From assembly GCF_000485595.1 (NCBI RefSeq), contig NW_014577069.1, positions 113,422-133,421 on the forward strand: a stretch of 20,000 nucleotides of DNA, written 5' to 3'. The first letter of the stretch is position 1, and each line of letters starts with the position of its first letter. The position numbers were made by a program, and so were the translations under genes. The notes under the pieces were generated by a model. The model ran no database searches. It was not told where the DNA came from and saw only the letters and a program-made list of their open reading frames with translations. Shown here piece by piece: positions 1-9,211 of the stretch. This stretch comes from Priapulus caudatus. Its lineage: Eukaryota.

Positions 1-506
1 GCGTGACACAGCTCGGTTACGAACAGAGACAGTATGTTTTTATAACAAGTGAACACTGTTCTTGACATAGAAACAAAGATGGCAGCTGTTGGATGTGTAT
101 TCGTGCTGTGAAAGTGTGAAACCCAGCGAGCGTCGAGCGAATTTTGCGATCCCGCTTTCCTACCTGCTATATATATAAGTATAAGCGTGCAACAGTGGAG
201 CCGCGAGAGCAATGGCGCCAGCAGCGTATATGGTTGCACGTAGGATTTGGACGGAATTGACAGGAAACTGTCGGCAATAATAGGTGAAAGAGAGTATAGA
301 AACATTAAGAATTTGGTAGTAAATAGATTTCGTATTTAGTTAGCATTATATTTTATTGAAACGCTTCAAGTACCTGTGCCTGTGCTCAGTATTAACTAAG
401 TTAAACAAAGCTTTTGTTTAACCACCAACTCAGCGTAACCCAAAAGTAGATGCCATAAATGCCAATACGCACGTGATCGCACGAGTACTGTATCAAATAA
501 ACGCAT

Positions 507-515
507 GTACTCTGC
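507..515. repeat. 9-bp direct repeat GTACTCTGC, copy 1 of 3 (target site duplication)
   Basis: Identical 9-mer at 507-515, 1900-1908 and 2603-2611, each abutting a TAG or CTA element terminus. Confidence 0.9.
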
Positions 516-522
516 TAGTCCG

Positions 523-636
523 AGATTCCTCTGACCAATGCCCACACCGACGATTTTGGTGGATTTGGTGTGGGTTAGAAAGATTCCTCTGACCAATGCC
601 CACACCGACGATTTTGGTGGATTTGGTGTGGGTTAG
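523..636. repeat. Tandem duplication (2 x 56 bp, period 58) inside the left arm of element A
   Basis: AGATTCCTCTGACCAATG...GTGGGTTAG at 523-578 and 581-636; only one copy in the right arm. Confidence 0.95.
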
Positions 637-1018
637 GCCAGAGCAACTTGCCTATACAAAACGTGGAATTTCTCCGATCCCGCCGAGGATCGCTGTTTTA
701 TCGCTCCAAACTCACAATTGGGGCTATCAATCAATATCTGTCGCACATATATCGAAAACTGGATAACTTATATGCTTGCTCGCGTTGGTAAGTACACTTG
801 TAGTTGTACTCTTTTACCTTAGTCGTATTTCGATTTGAAAATTTGTTGCTAACAATTTCCCTCCGACATGCATCGGCCATCCATCGTGCATCCAACTGCA
901 TTGTGGGAAACAACAGAGTAGCGTATTTGGTAGCGTGGTAGTCTAAAGAAGGCTCTCAGCTTCCCGCTCCAGGTTCTCGGTTTAGCAGATGCCGTAGTGG
1001 CACCCGTTTTAAGGGTAG

Positions 1019-1557
1019 TGTCAGGTTGCGTTGATAGATAACAGAAACACAGTATTATGAAAACTACTCTTCGTGCTTTGTTTTACACCACAGAATATTC
1101 CTTACACGCACAATTCTACGATACTACATAGATGACTACATACACGCAGAATCGTAACCGAATATCCTATTGATATAATCGAATGATAACCTCGTACCGT
1201 GAGACGTGGATCGCGAAGTAGCTCGGCAGGGGTGAAGGTGGAAGGTGGAAGGTAAAAGGGGAAGGTGGAAAGGAGGAGTATAGAAGGAATATGATCAGGA
1301 GCGCGGGCAAACCTGGACCGTTCTGCGGAAACGATGAGAGCCGAGTCGCTACCTGGGGACTAACCATCACAGATCGGCCCTCGAGTCATTAGTGTACTCG
1401 GATGCTAAGGGGCGAGGTGTATAGTGATTACCTGCGGCGTTCTATTATTATGTATCACTTGGAGCGATGAGGTGTGTTGTTTATGGTGATTGCTTATGTG
1501 GGGCGGCTAGTGTAAGGCGGTATGTTTAATCTCTGCGGGAGCGTGCGCTATCCTACA
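1019..1557. mobile_element. Probable solo LTR (539 bp) nested in element A
   Basis: Begins TGTCAGG, ends CCTACA (TG...CA, imperfect short inverted ends); flanked by 4-bp direct repeat GTAG at 1015-1018 and 1558-1561; no coding capacity. Confidence 0.6.
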
Positions 1558-1899
1558 GTAGTTTCCCAAAATGCAGTTGGATGCACGATGGATGGCCGAT
1601 GCATGTCGGAGGGAAATTGTTAGCAACAAATTTTCAAATCGAAATACGACTAAGGTAAAAGAGTACAACTACAAGTGTACTTACCAACGCGAGCAAGCAT
1701 ATAAGTTATCCAGTTTTCGATATATGTGCGTCAGATCTTGATTGATTAGCCCCAATTGCAAGTTTGGAGCGATGAAACAGCGATCCTCAGCGGGATCGGA
1801 GAAATTCCACGTTTTGTATAGGCAAATTGCTCTGGCCTAACCCACACCAAATCCACCAAAATCGTCAGTGTGGGCATTGGTCAGAGGAATCTCGCACTA

Positions 1900-1908
1900 G
1901 TACTCTGC
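1900..1908. repeat. 9-bp direct repeat GTACTCTGC, copy 2 of 3 (shared between elements A and B)
   Basis: ...GCACTA|GTACTCTGC|TAGACC... Confidence 0.9.
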
Positions 1909-2602
1909 TAGACCAAATAATTCTGTCCCATATAACCTTTTTTATATTTTGGTGAGAGTTATTAGGACAGAACGGGGTTCATTGAAATTTCGTGAGATCG
2001 CATGCAAAATGCATGCGCTGCTAATGCGGCCCGTACGCCGCTATTGGCGCGAAAAACAACCTACCGTTCCCTTGAACTACATGGCTTTTCCTTGCTACTG
2101 ATATGTGTATACATTCACTTCAATCGTTATTTACTTCTTAAAAGATTGTTTTTCAGAAACCCCGCTTCATTAACTTTAGTAAATTACGTTGGCCATTTAC
2201 AAACAATCAGACCAATCAGAGCGAGTCTTACAATAGCCCCTGGTTCTCGCTTGTATCTGTGGCGCTGCAGTGCAGGAGGCCTGATAGACTCGCTCTGATT
2301 GGTCTGATTGTTTGTAAATGGCCAACGTAATTTACTAAAGTTAATGAATAGGGGTTTCTGAAAAACAATCTTTTAAGAAGTAAATAACGATTGAAGTGAA
2401 TGTATACACATATCAGTAGCAAGGTAAAGCCATGCAGAAGGGAACGGTAGGTTTTTTTTCGCGCCAATAGCGGCGTACGGGCCGCATTAGCAGCGCATGC
2501 ATTTTGCATGCGATCTCACGAAATTTCAATGAACCCCGTTCTGTCCCAATAACTCTCACCAAAATATAAAAAAGGTTATATGGGACAGAATTATTCGGTC
2601 TA
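1909..2602. mobile_element. Non-autonomous fold-back DNA transposon B (AcademH-like), almost wholly palindromic
   Basis: Arms 1909-2228 and 2286-2602 are reverse complements (about 320 bp, few substitutions and one 3-bp indel) around a 57-bp spacer. Ends TAGACCAAATAATTCTG / CAGAATTATTCGGTCTA. Flanked by GTACTCTGC. Confidence 0.8.
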
Positions 2603-2611
2603 GTACTCTGC
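2603..2611. repeat. 9-bp direct repeat GTACTCTGC, copy 3 of 3
   Basis: ...GGTCTA|GTACTCTGC|ATGCAT. Confidence 0.9.
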
Positions 2612-2630
2612 ATGCATGTGAACGGTTTAC

Positions 2631-2723
2631 CTGGTATCTGCGGTTTGCATAAACTATGCATGCTCCCGATCCTCCTAGTATCAATCCTGCGCCAAACAAT
2701 TTTCGTGTGTACCTGTACGCCAT
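2631..2723 (-). CDS. First coding exon of a probable mitochondrial protein, GPD2-like (MAYRYTRKLFGAGLILGGSGACIVYANRRYQ)
   Basis: Strong Kozak context CTACCATGG; upstream acceptor TTTTGACTTGCAG (exon starts 2743); phase-0 donor CAG|GTAAAC at 2630. The basic, then Gly-rich hydrophobic, then RRxQ layout resembles the first coding exon of vertebrate GPD2 (..ILVGGGALAT..YRRKQ) as recalled. Further exons are not evident in the window. Confidence 0.6.
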
Positions 2724-3898
2724 GGTAGCTCAACAACTAAACTCTGCAAGTCAAAAGCGTAGTCGAGAGACATTTCAGATTTTGCTAAATTTTAGTTCAA
2801 CTTCAGGCTCAGGTAAACATCATTTTCATGGCATGCCACGATTCACGAAATTTCCAGCTTACAATATGAAAACATAGATATCATTCCTACGACGTATACG
2901 AAGTTTGTTTATGCTACTCGTCTAACTGTTTATAATCTAATTCATGCGCTAATGTATTTTATATTAACCTTCAAAGCCTGTCTGTGTTTATAAATAGAGA
3001 CCGAAAAACCTGCCGACCATGATAACGCCTTGCTAGTTTCGAGGTTTCGACGACTGTGACAGTGTGACGTCACGAACATTGTGGTGTGCTTACATGTCAA
3101 ATAAAATGACTTTAATAAAATTTAATAACAACACAAAAACACATTAAAAATTTGAGAAAAAATATGAAACGATATTATAACGTATAATTATATATTAAAT
3201 ATGCAGATATATAACCCCTCGTGAAGTTTATTCCGTTTTTTAAATAATTTAGCTTTAATTTAGCGTTATCTTAAGCGGCCGGAGGCGAACATGTGTTTTC
3301 CTGTGATCGCAGTGTTGGAGCGTGGCGGAGTAATGTAGACTTAATTTTTATTTCACAGAATAGAGGTGGTCAAAGTAAGATTTCTTGTTAACTAAACACG
3401 TACTTGACTTGTATTTATTAGCAACTATACTAGTAGAAGTTATAACGTATTCATTTTCGCCATGCATCGCAAGCCATCTTGCCTTGGGTCTCGCACTCGC
3501 ACTCACTCAGACAGAGTCAGAGTCAGTTGTGAGTTGGCTCTAGATGCAATAATGTAACCCAAACACAGGATAGGGTTACAACGCGTCCCTATCCTTTTGT
3601 GTGGAGAAACCCCTGAGTGAATCACTCAGGGCGGTTTGCCGGTGCGTTTTCAGAGACTAGAACTTCCAAACTGGGTTTATTCTCAACGCGAACCTTTCTC
3701 CGCTATCTTGAAACTAGCTCCAAGAAACGGTATTGCTAGGGTTAGAATACCGTTTCAAACCTTGGCTGCAGCTAAACACGTAGTTACCTTATTTGCCAAG
3801 TATCGCCAAAGAACACTACACATGTGATATACCAAATGAATCAGTGTACGTCCACCTTCTTGTAACCATCAGTGCGCTACGATGCGCTGGGTACTTAC

Positions 3899-3990
3899 GG
3901 GGTTACAGCAACTTTTTGAGACGAATGCAACAAAATTTATGAATTCGCCACCATGTTTGCTATCATTCCGACTGTGACTAAAATCCGCAA
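3899..3990 (-). other. Candidate 5' non-coding exon of the GPD2-like gene (5' limit approximate)
   Basis: Consensus donor CCC|GTAAGT at 3898-3893 on -; upstream CAAACATGGTGGCG (YY1-like); the coding exon has an acceptor and so needs an upstream exon. Confidence 0.3.
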
Positions 3991-4070
3991 TGGATCGAAC
4001 CAGCGAAATTAAACGATCTGCGGTCCTCATGTAAACCACCCCAACATCCGAGAACATATGTCATCTAAGG

Positions 4071-4400
4071 TTTTTAGCTCACCTTGACATCGTCAAGCTG
4101 AGCTATTGCCATGGGTCGTCGTCCGTCGTACGTCCGTTCGTCCGTCCGTCAACATTTCGCTACGGTCAACGATAACTCAGGAACCGTTTGACCCACATGT
4201 TTGAAATTGGGTATAGTTGTTGCTGCTATGCTCCCATATTAAACGTCCTATTTTGGAGCACACCAGTCGACGTACTTTCGAGCCACGGCGATTTTTTGGC
4301 AAAAATGGGAATTGCCATTAGTCAGTTCAGGTTCAACGGATTTTGCTCATTTTTGGTATGTGAATGAATAAGGGCTAGGGGTTTTGATATTTAAAAAAAA
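4071..4400 (+). mobile_element. Helentron-associated / DINE-1-like non-autonomous element, 5' part (right end uncertain)
   Basis: Starts in a T-run; hairpin TAGCTCACCTTGAC-atc-GTCAAGCTGAGCTA (4075-4105) followed by a GTCC/GTC microsatellite (about 4115-4150), the characteristic layout of these elements. Confidence 0.7.
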
Positions 4401-4825
4401 ATTATGCAAATTAGATAGGGTTTGGCAATTATATAGCATATTATATAGACACAAACAGTGTGGTGTCACACTCGTCTGGTTCGTTTTACAAGATTTCATT
4501 GACAATATCTTTAATGCAAAATTGGTATTTCCTCTCCACCCTGCCGATAAAATGTCTATATTAGAGTAAAGTTTTACAAAACATGTCGGAACACAGCATA
4601 ACCTATTAAAAGCCAATTACTTAGTGGTTTAATTTGTTTATTAATACTAATCTGTTTCCTCAATTTTGATCTAGTATTACGTATAGGCCTTACTTGGCTA
4701 AACTTACAAAACTTACTTACTTAAACTTACAAACCTAACTTGTCTACCCGTATATCCCTTTACGACCAGTTATGATGAGAAACGACAGTATATCTGTGTA
4801 GAGTAGCTATAAGCTGTAGTTTTTA

Positions 4826-5129
4826 GGCAGTGGCTGGAGGTACGGCAGCCGTATCTCTAATTTACGAGGCTGGAGGTACGGCAGTCCATTCGCTTTCATA
4901 CTTAACGAGACAAAGATGGCGGCGGATGGCGGCAGATTTCGAAATAACGCTTTGGGAAATAAATTCATGATTTGAGAGTTTTGATGAGCTGGAAACACTC
5001 GGATTAGGTATGAAAATGAACATTATTGTAAACTTTACATCAGAAGATCGCAAATAATTGCCTCAGCCCTCAAACAAACGCCAAAAAGGGGCTTCAACGA
5101 ACGACGGCTGCCGTACCTCCAGCCACTCC
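4826..5129 (+). mobile_element. MULE (Mutator)-like MITE
   Basis: Perfect 24-bp inverted repeat AGTGGCTGGAGGTACGGCAGCCGT (4829-4852 / 5104-5127); flanking direct repeat GTAGTTTTTA (4816-4825 / 5130-5139); extra internal TIR copy at 4868-4884; degraded LGNKF..FESFDELET remnant reminiscent of MULE/ZSWIM3-type N-termini. Confidence 0.75.
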
Positions 5130-5148
5130 GTAGTTTTTAACACAGTCA

Positions 5149-5390
5149 CAGGGTTAGAAATTATGTGAGCAGCAGGTTTTGCTGCCTACAACTTAAAAGA
5201 GTAAGTTTCCTAGCTGCCTGCTGTTAATGTGAGTAATAATTACTTGCTGCCGAAAAATTCCTAATAAACCAAATTATTCCTTGTGGACAAAGGCAATAGC
5301 AAATAGGATAGTACTGTCAGTATGGTCTTTCTTATATTTCTGTGGCAGCAAATACTTGCTGCCTAGCAAAATCATTTGTATCTAACCCTG
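5149..5390. mobile_element. hAT-like MITE with probable 6-bp TSD
   Basis: TIR CAGGGTTAGA / TCTAACCCTG; repeated subterminal TGCTGCC motifs; flanks CAGTCA / CAATCA (5 of 6 match). Confidence 0.65.
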
Positions 5391-6146
5391 CAATCAAAAG
5401 GCTGGCAAGATAAATGTCATGAAATTAAGCTGGTCATGTAATTTGGCCAGGTTGGACCATTTATTGAATAACAACAAACCAAAACATCAAATGCACTGCT
5501 ATGTCTGAGTTAAATAATGGTGGTGCTAGTGAGCGGGCACCAGTTAGCCTACCATACTGCAAAAAATTTATTGCATGCAGTTTCCAACCACTATTGTTGG
5601 CCGTATATCCCTGCAACAGAAGCAAAGGCTACACGGTTAAAGCTAAGTATAACCAACCTCCCTTGTGAATCAGTTAAGGGAAATGCTCCACAGCGAATAT
5701 GTGGTAACTTGGGTAAGTGGGAATAGGCATGTAAACACTTTCAAATTATTGTAATATTGTACCAAAATATAATATACCACTATTACATTCATAGGTATAA
5801 CCCTTTACAAAACTTTAGAATTGAGGGGAAAATAAAACTAAAGTCGGATAGATTTTACATAGTAAAACAAATTTTACGAATTGCACCTGCGAGTAACTCG
5901 TATGTATACCCTGTTTATAAAAGTTCAAGAAGCTTTATAATATATATATAATATTACTACACAGTAGCACAGTTGCTTGAAAACTTGCGACAGTACTTCT
6001 AAGGTAAATAAATTTGCAACGTAAGTTATGCAATTTTAATCTAGCTCTGCCTAGTCATCGAACTTATACCCACTAAGTATGTGAAATATGTATGTAGCCA
6101 GTCAATAGTTTGATGTATTGCTACTAGCAGTAACAGCTTAAATGTA

Positions 6147-6270
6147 ATGAAGATGGATCAAAAGCATCCTGACCAAGAGGACAAGGTGGACGTGGACCAG
6201 CAGGAAGATGTCATCTACAGTCCAGATGATGTTATTGAAGTGATCGACCTTGATGATGGATCAAACGCAG
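6147..6270 (+). CDS. AAMP: AAMP coding exon 1 (MKMDQKHPDQEDKVDVDQQEDVIYSPDDVIEVIDLDDGSNA)
   Basis: Acidic N-terminus with DDVIEVIDLD matching AAMP EEIIEVVELD; donor CAG|GTAGTA, phase 1; start could be ATG 6147 or 6153. Confidence 0.85.
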
Positions 6271-6304
6271 GTAGTAAAGCACATTTTAAGTGATATCCCA
6301 TGCT

Positions 6305-7321
6305 CAGGGATGGGAATCTTCCGCGGATCCGCGGAAATCCGCGGATTTCACAGTCCCAGGGTCGATTTTGTGAAACGTCTAAATCCGTTGAGAAAATTTT
6401 AGGGGGGGTTAGAATGTACACATTTTCATTTTACAGTCCAACAGTACCAGTACCTTCATTTAATAACATTGTAATATACAGCAGGCTGTAACATTGTAAT
6501 CCCATTATGCAATGATGGCATATATTTGCAAGCGCCAGCATAAATGTGATGTGTATTATACATTGTATCAAGCGAACCAGACAATGCGTCTAGACAATAG
6601 GCCTGTCTGCAGTGTAAGTACTGTGGAGGCGTATGTAAAATGATGAAGACCTTGTATACCACTGCTTGAGTGTGCAAAATAAATCGAAACGGAATTCATT
6701 TCGAGCAGTGTTTTCATGCATTTGACCACTAAATATGGTGAGATTAATTGAGAAGGCGTACACATCTACCATAGCAGAGATCGACAAAGATGTGAGGAAC
6801 AAGTTTCGCTGGGCTTGGTTAGAAAAATCTGTCACACTGAGTGTCAAAATCGGGAAGAAAACTGAAGAGGTGACAGAGCGGTTGAACGACTATGTCGGAA
6901 AGTGCGATGTAGCTGGCAAGGCACAGTGTTTGTATTGCAGTGAATTTGAAACTGCCTGGACAATGAGCATCTTATATTATATAAAGGTTAGCCTTTGGGA
7001 CAGTGTGGATCGAAGTGTACATTAAGATAATTTTGTTTGCAGAAGGTAAGTAAATTTTTGTATTGATTATTAATTCTGGTGTTATGATAATGACAGTGCA
7101 AGATATGCTCCCTGCAGTGTACTGTAATATGCTCTGTAACAATACTGTTCTGTATGTGTCTCCTAATGCAATTTTATGCCTTGTAAGTTGTGCAAATTCA
7201 AAAACTTCCTGAAACCCCTGACCAGGCTTCTCCCTGGACCTGACCGCCCCCCGCTACCCTCCCCGCACCCTGGACCCCGGCTATTTTCAGCTGAAAACAC
7301 AAATTGTCATTCCCATCCCTG
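6305..7321 (+). mobile_element. Internally deleted hAT-like transposon in AAMP intron 1
   Basis: 13-bp TIR CAGGGATGGGAAT / ATTCCCATCCCTG; flanks CATGCT / CACGCT; CCGCGG subterminal repeats; transposase-like N-terminal fragment from 6735 (RNKFRWAWLEK...GKAQCLYC). Confidence 0.8.
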
Positions 7322-7610
7322 CACGCTGTAAAGTATAGACTGTTAATTAAGTCTTATCAGTTTTCCATGCTTATTATTTGTTTTAATAATTAAACGTAGA
7401 ATGTAGCTATATGTCCATGTGATTGCGTTCGTATATAGTGTGATTATAGTATGTAATGATTATATATTTCTTATTTGCTGAATGGTTATTGTTTGTGATA
7501 GAACATATATGTATTTTATTGATGTATTTGGTTATTCTGGGATATATTGTAGCAATGTAATGCGTGATACAGGGTAATGATAAAAGTTTTGCTGTTATCA
7601 TTCACCTCAG

Positions 7611-7760
7611 ATGTTCTCTCAAGCGAAATGGCTGATGTCGACATTGAAGAGAGCTATGATGCCGATATTGATGATGTAGATGGCGCCATGGGTGGTGATG
7701 ATGAGGAATCCATGGAAGACCTAACAGACGACAGTGATTTGGTCCTTAGAAAACATCAGA
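7611..7760 (+). CDS. AAMP: AAMP coding exon 2
   Basis: Acceptor CCTCAG, donor A|GTATGA; SSEMADVDIEE...DDSDLVLRKHQ matches AAMP QEMEDVDFEE...DDSEVTFALH. Confidence 0.92.
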
Positions 7761-8004
7761 GTATGATTACATGAAATTTAATCTGATAATATGGTTGACA
7801 TTGATATTTAAAAAATATGCTTTGCATCGTTTGAATACGTGCTACCTTACATACATGTTATAATTCTAATAGAACAGTTATTAAATACTATATGCTTATA
7901 TGATATTATATTGAGCGTATTCAGCTATAACCATCATAAAACCAACATCATTTCAAAGCAACATTTACCATTTTTCAGATTCATTAATCATTTTACTCTT
8001 TCAG

Positions 8005-8124
8005 GCAATGTATTTTCTGTGAGTATTGATCCAGCCACTGGTACCTTGGGAGTCACTGGTGGTGAAGATGACAAAGCCTACCTTTGGAATTTAGTTGAAG
8101 GAACTGTAATGTTTGAGTGTACAG
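8005..8124 (+). CDS. AAMP: AAMP coding exon 3
   Basis: [43 protein letters not shown] boundaries, phase 1-1. Confidence 0.96.
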
Positions 8125-8377
8125 GTATGTTTATGTGGGAATTACAGTGTAAAATTTAAAATATTTAATATGTGTAAATACCCCCTGAATTCAATACATT
8201 ATGTATACAGGGTTTCGTCCAGGAATTTTAAAGGGCATGTTGCGTAATCGGGCAGTTCATCCATTATTGCTAATTAGACTCAATTACGCGTGTTGACGTC
8301 AGTTTGGAGTCGTATACATCAAGCTATGAAAATTGAATGACTGGTGGGATGTGTATACAATATGTCAAAACAGGTAA

Positions 8378-9211
8378 AGCAGGCAGCACACTTCACCATT
8401 TTCGTTGCTCGTACAGGCAATTTTCATGGTCGCCACAAAAATGGCCAAGTGTGCGGGGGCCGGCAACGACCACTCACCACGGAAATTTAGTGTTGACCAC
8501 GAGTTGCCGAGAATCAAACCGGTTTGATTTCTCACCACGAAAATTGCTCGTGGCGGCAACTTGTGGTGAAGTGTGCGCCAAGCCACCACGGCAATCGGCA
8601 ACAAAATCACTCTCAGACCAATCAAAATTAGCGCTGCCGTCACATGATTTCAAAATAGCGGGCCCAATTTTATCGACTTGGACGACCGAGTTAGAAGCAG
8701 AATTAATAGATTTATGGAGTGAGAGGCTTTGTCTTTTTGACATCAAAGCTCCCGAATACAGCGACAGAGTACTCAAGGCGATGGCCATAAATGAAGTGTC
8801 CCAACTTCTTGGACAACCAGGTAGTATAACAGGTGTTAGGCAGGCACCAACTGTTCGTAGGCCTGGCTAGTGCATTTGCTTCGCAGAATCACGCACATAA
8901 ATGCTATATGCATCGTTATCATTTGTGTACAATAGGATTAGTGTAACAGGGCGATTGTTTCTTGTCTATGCCAACCCAAGACTCGCATTGAAAACGCTCT
9001 TAATTAGGTTAAAAAGGTGTAAAAGGTATTTGATAACTGTATATGAATGGGTTAAAGCTACAACATCTGGCAACAAAAATTGCCGTCAACAGCACACGTC
9101 ACCATTAAGTGGTGACGTGTGCTGTGACACGGCAAAGGCCACAAAAATTGCCGACCACGAAAATTGCCTGTACGAGCAACGAAACGAAAATGGTGAAGTG
9201 TGCTGCCTGCT
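8378..9211 (+). mobile_element. PIF/Harbinger-like non-autonomous element with MADF-domain remnant, in AAMP intron 3
   Basis: About 55-bp TIR AGCAGGCAGCACACTTCACCATTTTCGTT... at both ends; flanks TAA / TTA (or TA / TA if the ends are 8377-9212); 8655-8820 encodes WTTELEAELIDLWSERLCLFDIKAPEYSDRVLKAMAINEVSQLL, a MADF/Myb-SANT-like pattern typical of Harbinger ORF2. Confidence 0.8.

Larger units (their letters stand above)
516..1899. mobile_element. Non-autonomous fold-back DNA transposon A (AcademH-like: TAG...CTA ends, 9-bp TSD)
   Basis: Left arm 516-911 is the reverse complement of right arm 1561-1899 (about 340 bp, roughly 11 differences by eye, plus a 58-bp duplication in the left arm). 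Ends TAGTCCGAGATTCC / GGAATCTCGCACTA. Flanked by GTACTCTGC on both sides. Superfamily call rests on termini and TSD length only. Confidence 0.8.

Noticed and set aside
70..290. AAGATGGC and ATGGCGCC start-like motifs near the window start
   Set aside because: Frames close within about 25 codons; no splice or homology support
2002..2509. Near-identical ORFs on opposite strands (MQNACAANAART...)
   Set aside because: Mirror images produced by the inverted arms of element B; no recognisable domain
508..2610. Alternative parse: CTAG termini with 7-bp TSD TACTCTG
   Set aside because: The outer copies also carry the flanking G (507) and C (2611), favouring the 9-bp parse; not excluded without more copies
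507..2611. CRISPR array or integron interpretation of the repeat-cargo-repeat layout
   Set aside because: Eukaryotic context, 9-bp repeats, cargo of 0.7-1.4 kb bounded by TIRs, no cas or integrase gene; target-site duplication explains it
2964..2985. TTAACC as a possible piggyBac left end
   Set aside because: No matching right TIR found
4690..4742. AAACTTAC-like short repeats, possible retroelement tail
   Set aside because: Short, degenerate and with no adjacent element body recognisable
8208..8260. CAGGGTTTCGTCCAG, possible hAT-like left end
   Set aside because: No complementary right end in the intron; at most a truncated fragment
8337..8870. 177-aa ORF as a host gene
   Set aside because: Crosses a TIR; only the last 55 codons or so before the donor look like protein (transposon MADF remnant)
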